A DNA stretch of 63,952 bases, filler included, from Octopus bimaculoides (GCF_001194135.2; 3 parts of 3 records of this genome joined end to end with filler, not necessarily neighbours in it); one strand, 5' to 3'. Positions 13,395-26,381 are shown, numbered from the whole stretch's first letter. Notes: generated by a model not told the origin, from the letters alone. Made by a program: numbers and translations.

Positions 13395-13555
13395 TGTTCG
13401 TCGAGATGGTTGAAACGAAGGAACAGTGTGCTTCTGTGAAATTCTGTTTTCTGCTGGGGAAAACGGGGGCCGAGACAGTTGTCATACTTTAAACAGCTTA
13501 CAAGGACGCTGCCATTAGCAAAACAAGTTTGCGAGTGGTTTCCACACTTCAGGAA
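13395..13555 (+). mobile_element. Mariner transposase N-terminal fragment
   Basis: EQCASVKFCFLLGKTGAETVVIL*TAYKD matches the mariner N-terminal IKFCF.LGK.A.ET motif. Confidence 0.8.
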
Positions 13556-13689
13556 GGGTCACTTTTTATCTTTTACTTGCTTCGGTGATTTAACTGCGGC
13601 CATGCTGGATCACCACCCTGTAGGAGTTTTTAGTCTTATTTTTCGTTTTTAAGCCTGGTACTGATTCTAAGCATTAATCTTTGTCTTCT

Positions 13690-14215
13690 AATGCTTTCTT
13701 CTTTGTTGGTTACTTCATACCATGGAGGTGCACCCAATGAAATTCTTAGCATCCAATGAGAAATGAGAATCCACCCTCAAAACGAAGATACACCAAGAAA
13801 ATGTTATAGCATCTGTTTGATGGATTGTGAAGGGTGTCGTCCGTCATGAGGTGTTAAACCCAAACGAAACCGCTTTTGCGAAGAAGTATTATTGACAATT
13901 CGGTAAATGGCGTTGCTTAACACAATAATGCAAAGCTACAGATTGTTGAAGTCATCCAGGAAAAGACTATGGAACTAAATACTGAGGTTTTGCTTCAATC
14001 CTCCTTTGCTCTTCAGGCTTTGCTTCGTCTGACGATTTATCTTTCCCGATCATTGCAACGTTATTTAAAAGGAAAAGAGTTTATTAATTGCGAAGTGGTT
14101 AAAGTGATATCGAGTGTTTCCTTGCGTGGAAACCTAAAAGATCTTTACGCGAGGGGAATCAGCGATTTACCACCGAGTTTATAAATAATGAGGAGAAATA
14201 TTATCGTGATTAAAT
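13690..14215 (+). mobile_element. Mariner transposase C-terminal remnant
   Basis: SLQRYLKGKEF...YARGISDLP and a terminal EKYY stretch; degenerate YSPDL region. Confidence 0.7.
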
Positions 14216-14330
14216 GTAGCAATTAAGGCCGAAAAAAGTATTTGTTTCTTTCTCATCTTGAAATACGATATGACTTTCATTCTAAACTGATATAATTATA
14301 CTCGCAGACTCACAAAAATATTAATATCAG

Positions 14331-14367
<37 letters not shown>

Positions 14368-14852
14368 NNNNNNNNNNNNNNNNNNNNNNNNNNNNNNNNN
14401 NNNNNNNAGGGAGAGAGAGAGAGAGGGGAAGTAGAGAAAGTAGAGAAAGTGTATGAGATGTTTAATGAGAAAGAGGAAGAAAAAATGTTAAAGAGAAAGA
14501 TAGTGAGAGTAAGAGAATGAAAAGAAGAGAGAGAGAGAGAGAGAGAGAGAAGGGGAGTGAAAGAGAGTGTGAGTGAGTGAAAAAAGGAGGGGGAAATATG
14601 GTGACTTAAAATCTTTCTGAAATATTTCACTCGTTCTCCAATCCGTGACAGCTGAGGTGTGCATTTTTTTCGATTCCCCTGACGTTAGTAATACCTCTTC
14701 CTTCCCCCACCACCTTAACGTTGCACCCACCTCTAACACTAGTTTCTAACACTATCAGCTGTTTGGCTGAGCCAACTAGAGAGCCTCCTACATGGAAGCT
14801 TGTCATGCTAGAGATAGCAGCCAATTCTCCCTCTCTATGTATATACATACAT

Positions 14853-14890
<38 letters not shown>

Positions 14891-14914
14891 TTAGGAGTAA
14901 GTCTNNNNNNNNNN

Positions 14915-14960
<46 letters not shown>

Positions 14961-15354
14961 TTAGGAGTAAGTCTCTACTCCTGGCATTCGTTGACCTGTG
15001 GTAGTATTTCATGCTCTGTCAAATGGTAATCGTTAAGACAACTAGAGTTCGCAAGAGTTGTGCAAGCTACGCACGGAGGTTCGTTTAAGAAGGTTCCGAG
15101 TTACTTCGTACTGAGTACCACAAGTTTAGAGTACAGTTTGATGTGTATGAAAGCTCAGCTCCCCGCGCTCTTTTGCTAATTATAGTCCACCAGGTTTACA
15201 AGGGGGCTTTATATGCTGATAGCTGAACATGAAGTAGGGGAAATTCTAGACATTGGAACACATTCAAGAGGTCTTACAATCAGCTGAGCAAAAATAAAAT
15301 TTTAATATATAGGAAGAACAAAATATAAAAAAAGGGCCGTACCACAATCAGGTT

Positions 15355-15395
<41 letters not shown>

Positions 15396-15939
15396 TCTGA
15401 AATAAATAGCATCCCGCAATGAGCAGGTATAATCAATTCGAAAATATCTGGGTCACGCAGCACAGATGTGAATATTTAGGTCATTTACATTTGGGTCACT
15501 TCAAGTACATTAACATTTTTGCTGGTGGGTATCATTTGTATAATGTAATGCACACTTTATTTTGATACGGTGTATATATTCGGATTTGGGGAGACTTATG
15601 GAGCCTGGTCGTATTCTCTCACATATACAAACACGAGACAGATATAACATCAGGGCTAATGAAGAAAAACTCATTATGTGGTTCCGTGAAATAGCAACCA
15701 AACAACACTCATATCATACCCGACAATTTCCAACGAGGAACAAACATATTCAGTATTAGGTAAGGGTATTCTCCCCAAAATACGAAATGTTGGTGACTTC
15801 AGGAAAAGAATAAAGGAAAACTAAGTTAAATAAATTAGTAGAATCGATAATGTAGCTATTGATATCCTTTAAAAAATGGAATTGTTACAGCCGGGAATAT
15901 TTTCGATAATGAATCTGCTTTTTTTGACTAAGGGTGACT

Positions 15940-16690
15940 AAGAGTTTAACAACAACAGTCAAACTTCTTCCAAACTTCATTCCGAAACGTGGTACTTCCC
16001 CCCAGTGGAGGAAAAATTCCACTGTGTCCGGCACGTAACTCTTTCATCTATCTATCAGATACAAAGTTTTGCGAAGGGAACCATAGAGACTCAATCAATA
16101 TTAATTCATATATCGATAACATTATGGCACGTCTCTTAAACACGAGCAGCACCTAACTAGAAATTTCCTTTCCAATGTTTAACCTCTAAATGATCTCTTC
16201 TGTTCTCAATATTGTCAACACAACATCACAAAGATTGGTTTTTATCGCCAGGGTCAGCTTATATTTCAACACCAGCCATCACAACGCTAATACTCTATAA
16301 GCCGAAGTGAGACCTACAATGGAGCACGTTTTCGCATCTGGGACGTTGTTGCTACTTCAATATAGACACCCGAGACTGAACAGAATGAAGAATCTCATAA
16401 ACACGCCCCAAACTCTGGCGCCCCTTTTTCGACCGCGACTGCAATAAGCTGTGTTTATCGGAGCTGGTCGGTCTTGTACCACTTCCGTTCAAAATCGCCT
16501 TCTTCATTCGCCTTGTCTATGGCCGTTCGCTATAGTGAGGCCATATCCTCAGTCCACACTCTAACCACTACTGCCAGTCCTTCATCCCCAGAATGCCAAT
16601 CCCCTGGAATCCCTTCTTGTGCATATTTTTCCGGCAGCTATCGACACGTAACTGTTCAATAACGTTAACAGCATCGTTTTTCACTGTCTC
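15940..16690 (+). mobile_element. Decayed LINE (CR1/L2/Jockey-group) RT C-terminus
   Basis: LYKAEVRPTME motif (cf. LYKAQVRP.MEY), SELVGLVPLP, and a terminal WN.L..HIF stretch. Confidence 0.65.
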
Positions 16691-16733
16691 AATGGGTCAG
16701 AAAACACCAGGGTTACAACCCCTTGCTCCAGAA

Positions 16734-16815
<82 letters not shown>

Positions 16816-16938
16816 NNNNNNNNNNNNNNNNNNNNNNNNNNNNNNNNNNNNNNNNNNNNNNNNNNNNNNNNNNNNNNNNNNNNNNNNNNNNNNNNNNNNN
16901 NNNNNNNNNNNNNNNNNNNNNNNNNNNNNNNNNNNNNN

Positions 16939-17004
<66 letters not shown>

Positions 17005-17019
17005 AAAAAAAAACGAAAT

Positions 17020-17180
17020 GAAACTCCCCGGATATTAGAATCAAAGACAAGAATTTTAAACTTATGCTTTCTCTCTCTCTTTCTGATAAACATCTCGATG
17101 CCTTCTGAGCAAAACATTGCCCAGAAGGAAGTCAAAAAGTTATCAAAGAACAAAGAGTTGGAAATAAAAATAAAGATTTG
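17020..17180 (+). mobile_element. R4/Dong-type restriction-like endonuclease fragment
   Basis: PDIRIKDKNF..FLINISMPSEQNIAQKEVKKLSKNKELEI aligns with CFLIDVSIPADDNISLKEMEKLSKYKDLEI at 63004. Confidence 0.7.
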
Positions 17181-17784
17181 AGAGATATTGGCAAGCTGCT
17201 GATTGGAAATTTCTCCAAAAGAAAAAAATAGTTAGACTGAAAGAAATCAGAAACTGGAGAGTATGGCCATGAAATCATTGTGTCAACAACACAAGAAACA
17301 GAAAGTCTGAAATAACAGACATCGCTCTGAAACTTATCTGAGAAACAGCAATAACAAACAAAATCTAGAGATATTTGTTGGTACATATCCGATATAAACC
17401 ATCAAATAAAACGAAAACAAAAAACACGTTAGTAGTGTTGCTTTATTTTTTGATTGCTAGGACATGCTATAGAAGAAACTTGTATATCTGAGCAGTGAAT
17501 AAAGTAATTAAAATTATAAAAATAATGATTAAATTTAATTAGAATTTTAACTGTGTATCAAGTTTATAAGCGCAGCCATGAGTCTGTGTGAGCGCGAAGT
17601 TCGCTTCGTCATCTTACAATCTTGTATTCAGTAAAGCAACTCAATGACTTCGGTGTACTTCAGCCGAAGACCTACCAATGCATTGTAAGTGGATTTGGTT
17701 GAAAGAAACTGCACGGAAGCCCGTCATATAAGTATGTACCCCCCAAAAAGTTCGGCTGTGGGAAAATATATATATATATATATG

Positions 17785-17921
17785 TTGAAAAATTTCGTTA
17801 TAGGTATAAACAAGTATAAAAACGGAGAAAAAAATGTTAAAATCAAAATTGGATTTTAACCTCTTTTCTCCATTTTTCTACTCGTTTCTGGTATCTTTTT
17901 ACCTATAACGAAATTTTCCAA
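17785..17921. repeat. Fold-back element (MITE-like)
   Basis: 22-bp terminal inverted repeat (21/22 match) plus inner 8-bp and 9-bp inverted pairs. Confidence 0.7.
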
Positions 17922-18051
17922 TTGTTATTTTCATATTCTTACTACTTGCTCTGGCTGATTTTTATGAATACGATGAATTTCTATTGGAAATTATTTTCTC
18001 TCTTTTTAGATTCCTCAAAAAGTTTGAATCATTCAATTCGAACTTATTTTT

Positions 18052-18082
<31 letters not shown>

Positions 18083-18925
18083 AACAAATAGTAAATGAGT
18101 ATATGCATATATACGTACAGGTATGTGCATACCGACATCCACCTGTATGNNNNNNNNNNNNNNNNNNNNNNNNNNNNNNNNNNNNNNNNNNNNNNNNNNN
18201 NNNNNNNNNNNNNNNNNNNNNNNNNNNNNNNNNNNNNNNNNNNNNNNNNNNNNNNNNNNNNNNNNNNNNNNNNNNNNNNNNNNNNNNNNNNNNNNNNNNN
18301 NNNNNNNNNNNNNNNNNNNNNNNNNNNNNNNNNNNNNNNNNNNNNNNNNNNNNNNNNNNNNNNNNNNNNNNNNNNNNNNNNNNNNNNNNNNNNNNNNNNN
18401 NNNNNNNNNNNNNNNNNNNNNNNNNTATATATATATATATACACACTTACGTATACATGTTTGTAATATATAGAAAATCTAACGGTCTCGGACTGGTCTG
18501 TTGACGATTGTTGTGTAGGAAAATTGTCTGAAGTTCACCTAAGGATATTTTGACATTGGAATCGAGTTTGGGGTTGCGTTGATAATTGTCTTTGAAAACG
18601 AATTTACAGATATACAGATTAGAATGGAAAAGTTATTGTTGCAGCGTGAACACTTAATTCTATTTGCGTTTGCAATCAACGCATGTAATTGAAGCTATTA
18701 GAAGGTCAAATTTGTTAAGGTTCGAACGATAAGTCTTAACAGATATCGTGGGAGAGAGAAGAAAAGGCTTAGGATCGGCTTTGACGTGGAATACTCAACC
18801 AGATATTTACAAATATTGCGAAACCGCCGCTAACATATGAACTAGTGATATGCCTTAACTAGTAATATAATGCTTGACAATATACAGACGTATATACATA
18901 CATACATCTAACGGCTCTCCGTATA

Positions 18926-18991
18926 TATATTCTTTTATTCTTTTACTTTCAGTCATTTCATTGCGGCCATGCCGGAGCACCACCTTTAAAG
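18926..18991 (-). mobile_element. 3'-terminal ~65 nt of SINE family A, abutting the U6 copy
   Basis: Minus strand TTTAAAGGTGGTGCTCCGGCATGGCCGCAATGAAATGACTGAAAGTAAAAGAATAAAAGAA. Confidence 0.85.
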
Positions 18992-19096
18992 AAAATATGG
19001 AACGCTTCACGAATTTGCATGTCATCCTTAGGCAGGGGCCATGCTAATCTTCTGTGTATCGTTACAATTTTATTACACGTATTGCCGAAGCAATAC
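18992..19096 (-). ncRNA. U6: U6 snRNA full-length copy, probably a pseudogene
   Basis: Minus strand GTATTGCTTCGGCAATAC...AAAATTGTAACGATACACAGAAGATTAGCATGGCCCCTGCCTAAGGATGACATGCAAATTCGTGAAGCGTTCCATATTTT; ACAGAGA box changed to ACACAGA. Confidence 0.95.
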
Positions 19097-19305
19097 GTGT
19101 ATGTTTGCTTGTTTCAGTTGTAATAAAACCTTTTTATAGTTTTGCAGAGTACAAATTTATTATTCTTAAGCAAAAATATCTTTGACAGTAACTTCGAAGT
19201 TTCGGCCAGTTAAATCATCGACAGACTACGACGCATTAGAGTTAATCTAATTTTATGTAGTCTCTGTTGGGTTAAAATTTTCCTTGTTTAAGAGTAATAT
19301 ATATC

Positions 19306-19337
<32 letters not shown>

Positions 19338-20991
19338 ATATATATACTCAGACACACACACGCGCACACACACACAGAGATACGCTCGCGCACACATTCA
19401 GATATATTCCTACATTTATCTATCGATGTCAATCAAATTATAATTAAAATCAGACAATAAGAACCAAGTGAAAAATGTAAGAAAACACGTCTTGAAACAA
19501 ATAGGAATTAAACAATAATAAAGATGAAAGATAGAAAGAAAGAAGTGAAGGTAGAAAGAACATGTATCTTGATGTGATAGAAACGAGCAGTAGTAGCAGT
19601 AGCTTCATCATCATCATCATCATCATCATTATCCTTTAGAAATGATTCTAATTGGATGAGCATTGGTGTGTGTGTCAAAGACTTATTCCTGAAAACAGTT
19701 ATTATCGCTTCTATAAATGTCATATTGAATAATAATTTACAGGTTTTGTTGCATGGAAGGATGAAGGGGAAGAAGAGGAGGGGGATGGACTGGAGGGAGA
19801 ACATGGGGAGAAGAAGAAGAAGAAGAAATGAATAATAATAATGATAATAATACAAGAAGTAGAAGAAGGAGAAGAAAATTTGCTTCTTATTTTCTTTGTA
19901 ATTTCTGCCACAATTGTTTTTTGTTTAAAACATTCTTAATTGGTTCTTTATAGAAGATAAAAGACCTGAGAGGATAATCAGGTATTAGGGATTAATGTGT
20001 ATTAAGTTTAGGTATGAATATGTTTATGACGTTGTTTAGTCCCAATGTTATTATCGTTTATTTCAATTACCTGCTATTTCAAGAGCAGGTAATTCAGATG
20101 ACTGAATATCCAGCTGATCGAATATTTAGTTGATCAAATATCCAGTTGATCGAAAACCTCATCTGACTATCAACCTTCTGGAGTTAGCGCCTTCCCAGTC
20201 GATGTTGCTTCGTTCAAACGGACTACTGCCAGCATCAGTGTCTCGAGTTGTGGAAATTCCTTGAAGGTCATAGGCAGATTCTCCTCTAGGCGCGACAAAT
20301 GTACACTTCTTAGTAATCTAATGAGTAATCTAATGAGTTTCCCCCAGTCAAATTCCATTCACATGATTTTGGTCAACCCGATCTCTAGTAGAAACAGCTT
20401 GCTCAAAAAGTCATCGTACGATCGAGCACATATATCACTTGTTTTATTTCCCTCACAGTCGTACACAGTCTTTTTTAAGAAGAATCATGGGGGTCGCTCA
20501 GTCAACTAGAAATAGCAACCAAATTTCTCTCATATGTCCTCAACGACATAGTGGATTTTGGTTGTATGATTCGGGAAACAATCGGTGAAAGCAAAGGAAT
20601 GCAGAGAATGGTTTGACTGACTTCGTGTGTTTAGAGTAGAAGGAAGCGAAGTGGAAAGGGAATTAGCCGGGTTTTAATGGAGGATGGAGAGACGGGCCTA
20701 AAACTGAGCCATGCAAACTGTCTGGTCGCTAGTTGGAGGCATTATACGTGTATTTCTAAGACGTAACTTTGTCAAAACGTGTCACACTGATGTTGCCTAG
20801 AAATTACTTCAAGGGTCCACATGTTTGTGGAATACTCAGCCACTTATATGCTGAATACTCGTCATTGACAGCAACGGGAATCTACTTAAGAGTAATGTGT
20901 GTATATGTGTGTGTGTGTGTGAATGTGTATGGTAGCTTTGTTTCTAATATTATGCATGTGTGTGCGCGCAACTGTATGTCCCTGTATAGGT

Positions 20992-21029
<38 letters not shown>

Positions 21030-22269
21030 TTGCATATGTGTGTGTATTTGTATGTGTATACATGTATGTATTTGTTTACAAACATGAACATATTTGTAAC
21101 TGTTGACAAGTTGTCTGCCGGTCAGTGACCTCCAACAACAACAATAACAACATCGAAAAAACTAAAACAAAACAAGCCCTACCCCTTCTTCCACAGTCTC
21201 ACCCCACTAATAACCTCCTTCATAAATATACATTTCTTTTCTCTTTTCATTCTTTCCACGTCTAACGTCATTTACTCACTCCTAAATGTTCTTTATTCTT
21301 CCTTTAATCATTTCGTTCCCACGACGTTGCATTAGTTCTTCGCTACCCTTCATAATTCTTCCCTGTTTAATCGTTCACGTCCACCGAAAAGAAACAAAAA
21401 CCTTCTCTTCCACCGCTGGAGAAGGACGAGGGCTGAAACGCCGCAAAGGTTTCTTCCAACAATTTTTAGGGAATTGATGTTCGCCTGAAATATTCTGAAG
21501 ATCATTGTCCAAAAAGACGAAGAAAAAGATTCCAGCGGGAGCAATTTACGGGGAGGATAGAATAGTCAAATTATCTTGAGCAGTATTTGGAAGGTGAAAC
21601 ACAGTGTGTCACGAACGTCCTAGCAAAAGAAGAAACGGGTAAACCTAAATGGATGGGGCATTCGTGTAACTCATTCAGAAGAGATGAAGTAACAAAGAGA
21701 AGAAACAGAAGCTCTGTGAGTCATCTGTTGTTGTTGCTGTTGTTGTTGTATAAGAGGGGGGGGGGTAAGTATAGGTTCAGCTGGTTTATGTAGCTGCTAA
21801 AGGAGCGGACTTATCTCTGTCATTGTACTGTGGCCAGGTAGAATAGTAGATCAATCTTCTTTGTTTTTACTTATTTTAAAATATAGAACTTATTCTATCG
21901 AATTCTATGCTGATCCGCTAAGTTACAGGAACAAGTTTCCATACGTACGACAAGTTTCCTCATAGTTTAAATCAAGCGAATTCGCGTAGAAGGCAGTGGT
22001 CGGCCTAGGGCTATAGTAGAGGATACCATTGTAGTGAAGCTAAACCCGAGTGGACGAGGTGGCAAAGCGAGCTTCTCGGCCTCACAGTCCTGCCTTCGCC
22101 CACCATAGCTGAAACGCTACATAATTTTTATTCTTTGTCCCAGACGACTTTACCAGACTTGTTTGCTCATGATAGAAGTTTTAGGAATGTTCCATCAATA
22201 TTCCCTGTGTTGGTATACACATATTCCAATAACAGGAACATTATTCTAAGATTATCTCGAGGCAGTCTC

Positions 22270-22492
22270 TCTTGTGGACAGTATATTGCATTTTTTTAAG
22301 GCTGTCGCTAAAGGCCTGGTTGGAGGCCCAGTCATTCGAGCTATTTTACAGGGCTTAGAAAACTAGAAGAACTGCTACAATAAGTGTGTGAATCAGAGAG
22401 GAGGGGAATATGTTGAATAAAATCATAATTAATTGATCCTCATCCTGTATTTTCTTTTATCCAAGCCAAGAACTTTCCAGCACCCCCTCGTA
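22270..22492 (+). mobile_element. Mariner 3' end with terminal inverted repeat and TA
   Basis: Degenerate C-terminus (..GEYVE*) then AACTTTCCAGCACCCCCTCG-TA, typical of a mariner right terminus. Confidence 0.65.
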
Positions 22493-23934
22493 TAATAATG
22501 TGCTACTTTCAGTTACTGTCTATCAAATCTACTAACAAGGCTTTGGTCAACCCAGGGTTAAAGTAGAAGACACTTGCCCAAGATGTCACATAGTGGCACT
22601 GAACGCAGAACGAGGTAGTTGGGAAGCCAGCTTCTTACTACACAACCACGCCTCCCTTTTAACGGAAATTAGCAGTAATTAGCGTGTAGAGCAGACTTCT
22701 TTGAGAGGTCAACTTTGCCTTTTATCCTTTCCAGGTCGTTAGAATAAGACCCTACCATACGTAGAACGGTTCTCTAAGGTATTTGCCTCCTTCCGTCATG
22801 TTGTATCTCTGAATTTATGTAGACATTGCAAGCTATAAAAGTCAGACAGACCACCTGTAACTCACATTAAACATATATTTACGTTATTAAAATCTAATTT
22901 TTATAATTAGAAATATAAAAATAAAAACCCCAAAAGACAATAGATCATTTTTCCTCTTTTCTTATTTTTTTCTTTCTTTTGATATTTTATATTAATTTGC
23001 ATCTATTTTACATCTATTTATATTGCCCAGCCATGCTTTTCTGGACGGGACGTAAATAGATATGAATAGATATGTGTATTTCCGTTTCGTTCTCTTGTCG
23101 GTTTTTGGTCTTTCACCACACACACACACACACACACACACATTTCATTCTTTATGTTTGGTAGAAGCAATTGTTTTTTACAGATGGATGACCGTTTTAC
23201 TGTTAAGCCATGAAGCGAGAGGAAGAAGATGTGGACGGAACCTGTTTATTGTTCGCAGTGAAGCAGAGAAACTGGAGCGAGAAGAGTTGTGCCATGCTCA
23301 GAGAAATTCAACACAAATGACTGAACGGAAAAAAATGTCAGAGGAAAAATTAGCCGGCGGTGGTGGTGGTAGGGGAGGTGTTAGTGACCTGTGGCAGAAA
23401 ATTTGGTGAGCTTTTTAATGGTTCACGAGAGACATTATCCAAAAAACACAATACACACACACACACAGACACACATACATGTATGTATATATATATATGT
23501 ATATATGTATATGTGTGTGCTTTTTGTGACCTTATCAAAAACGCATGATACACACACATATACGTGCGTATGTCATCTAAGAGTCCATAAGTTGTATATC
23601 TGTCAATAGAGTGGGTATATTATCCAAAATGTACAATATTTATATATCCATCACGGCTGATCTTACCCAATTGGTTTTGCGCTACGAAGGAGTATTAGGT
23701 AACAATCGTGTTATATAACCCTACGCTTATCAGAGGTGGCCGATAGAGAATGAAATATGGTGACTACTCTCTATTGTTGGAGGTGAATGGATACATCTGG
23801 TTTGCGGTTGCTGTGAAAAGATGACGAAACGAAATGAGTAGGAGATTAAGTTAAGAGTTATGTCCTTTGCTGCCAAGACGTGGCCACTCGGTTGGTTATT
23901 CTGCAAGTCGGTAAGAGTTATCTTGGACTGTTTA

Positions 23935-24270
23935 CAAACACTCTCAGCTCTTACGAAATGCTTAGCGCTATTTCGCCGATCGCTACGTTCTGAGTTCAAA
24001 TTCCGCCGAGGTCGATTTTGCCGTCCATCCTTTCGAGGTCAATGAAATAAGTACCAGTCACGCACTAGAGTCGATGTAATTGTCTAGCCCCCTCCCACCA
24101 AATTTCAGGCCTTGTGCCTTTAGTAGAAAGGATTATTATTATTATTATTATTATTATTATTGTTAATGCGTGAGCTGGCAGAATCGTTAGAGCACGGGGC
24201 AAAATGCTTTGTGGCATACGTTTTGAGTTCGAATTTCGAATTTTGGCCTTGTACCAAAACCTTCAAATCC
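23935..24270 (+). mobile_element. SINE family C copy with (ATT)n tail, followed by the head of a second copy
   Basis: GTTCTGAGTTCAAATTCCGCCGAGGTCGA core, ...CCTTTAGTAGAAAGG(ATT)n, then GAGCTGGCAGAATCGTTAG. Confidence 0.8.
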
Positions 24271-25099
24271 TCCTCCTCCTCCTTGGACAGTTGTATATTA
24301 GTTCCTTCTCCTCTTTTGAAAAGTTGCTGGTTGCTTCACTAAGTTATTAAAGAGTCTCCCACATCCCTTACCACAGAACAATGTTACCGATAACCAGAAA
24401 GAAAGGAAGGGAGAAAAAAAAGGGGTAAAGACAGGAGAGAGAAAGAAAGAAAGAAAGAGAGAGAGAAAGAGAAGCTGAGAGGGAAGGGCCTAGTACTTAA
24501 CTAGTCTTGCCATTTATTAGATCGACCATCGTATTTATTTTTCTCCACCAGTTGTTAACGGACAAAAAAAGTTGATCTCGGTTGGATATTTAAACTCAGA
24601 ATTCCGGAAACGGAAACAAAATATGGTATAAAGATATAATCAGTAACCTAATAATGAATCGTTCTTAGGTTTGCTGGGTCGGAAGGTTAGACATTTGGTT
24701 AACATATCTTGTAATGATCGCCTCTGACACCTGTTTCCGTCGTTCCCGTGTAACATATGTTTTAGTCTTTTCGTCAATAATAAAATCATTTCATTTAACG
24801 ATCGGGGCAAATTTCTAAAGTTACAGGAAGGAATATGTTGATAGTAGCCATAAATTATAATCACTTTTGTTTCACTGTTTACGACAATCACACACACACA
24901 CACACACACACTGGCACTTCGTCGGTTACTACGACGAGTGTTCCAGTTGATCCTGTGAACGGAACCAGCCTGGTCTAGAAATTAAATTGCAAGTGGCACT
25001 TCACAGATACGCGAACCTTAATCATAAAACCAGCGGTAGCATCCCTGTTGTGTTTTTTTTCCCCAGTATTCAACTGTGATGAAACTGGCCTTTTTTGAA

Positions 25100-25885
25100 A
25101 ATATCAGACTGGATGACGTGAGGGAGGACAATGCCCCTTATGAAAGACAAAAGCAAAGGTAATGCAGCTAGCAATTTTTAGATCAATCACCCACAAAACC
25201 ACTAATGTGGAAGCTGTTCACAGGGGTGCTCTCAGAAAGCATTTATGAGCACCTTGACAACCAGAATTTGCAGCCAGAAGAACAGATAGGTTGCAAGAAG
25301 AAGGCAAGAGGGACGCATGATCCATTATGGATAGACAAAACAGTTCTAAAAGAAGTAAAATCTAGAAATAAAAATTCAACAAATAGCATGGATAGATTAT
25401 AAGAAAGCCAAAGACATGATTGCACACGCATGGATAAGTGAATGTTTGAGTATATTCAATATTGCAGACAACATAAGAGAATTAATTAGTTTTAGCATGA
25501 AGCAACAGCAAGTAGATCTCTATTTGGGTGACACAGCCCCAGGGAAAGTTAATATTAAGAGAAAAGTTTTCCAAGGAGACTCGTTATTCCCTTCAATATT
25601 TGTGTTATATTTAATCTCCCGAAACGAAAATTTGAGAAGGAAGTACATCAAAGGATGAGGAAACTAACGGAGTCAAAGCTAAATGGTCCGAATCTAGTGA
25701 CGGTTATAAATACTTGGTCAGTTTTTGCAGTTTGGATAAAATTTGAGGAAGCAAATCTAGATAGAATTAGGTAAGAATTCAATATGAATGGAAGACTTCA
25801 CCAAAGAGCAGGAATAGCAAGGTTATGCGTACCTAGAAAAGGAGGTGGTAGAGGGTTAATATCAATAGAAGACTGCGTGGAGTTA
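25100..25885 (+). mobile_element. R4/Dong-clade non-LTR retrotransposon RT fragment, decayed
   Basis: GRTMPLMKDKSKGNAASNF, MWKLFTG, PEEQIGCKKKARGT, IKRKVFQGDSL and GRLHQRAGIARLCVPRKGGGRGLISIEDCV motifs. Confidence 0.9.
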
Positions 25886-25976
25886 ACTAGAGTAGACGTA
25901 GAACTGCTATGTAGCAAAGATAGTTTTCTCATGGCACCAGTACACTGTTTAAAGATGCTTACATTTTTTATGTTTT

Positions 25977-26003
25977 CCGTGAATTTTTCACGGGTCCAGC
26001 TAG
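25977..26003 (+). mobile_element. Helitron-like 3' terminus
   Basis: CCGTGAA-TTT-TTCACGG hairpin, 6-nt spacer, CTAG followed by T. Confidence 0.55.
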
Positions 26004-26004
26004 T

Positions 26005-26121
26005 TATATATAAATATTGTTAAAGACATATACTAACATTTAAGCTTTGTGTATTTGTGAGCCACCGGAAAATACACAAAGCGTATACATTAGTATATGT
26101 ATTTAACAGTATTTATATATA
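26005..26121. repeat. Long imperfect hairpin (44 bp paired)
   Basis: 20-bp, 11-bp and 13-bp stems around a 13-nt loop. Confidence 0.8.
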
Positions 26122-26147
26122 CTGGAACTGCTTTTAATTCGTGTGTG

Positions 26148-26183
<36 letters not shown>

Positions 26184-26187
<4 letters not shown>

Positions 26188-26232
26188 AGGCGCAATGGCC
26201 CAGTGGTTAGGGCAACGGACTCGCCGTCATAG
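26184..26232 (+). mobile_element. SINE family B tRNA-like head only
   Basis: GTGGAGGCGCAATGGCCCAGTGGTTAGGGC matches the heads at 43558 and 51859 (minus). Confidence 0.85.
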
Positions 26233-26332
26233 GATCGCTGTTTCGATTCCCAGCGTCATACTAATATATACTTTTGTTATTTACACCACCTGTCCTCGTC
26301 TGTTGTTATTTGTATATTCTCCTATATATATG

Positions 26333-26370
<38 letters not shown>

Positions 26371-26381
26371 TGTATATATAT

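Noticed and set aside
14853-14972. Direct duplications flanking short gaps (also ~59330-59520 and ~60450-60690)
   Set aside because: Identical sequence on both sides of a small N gap is typical of unmerged contig overlaps
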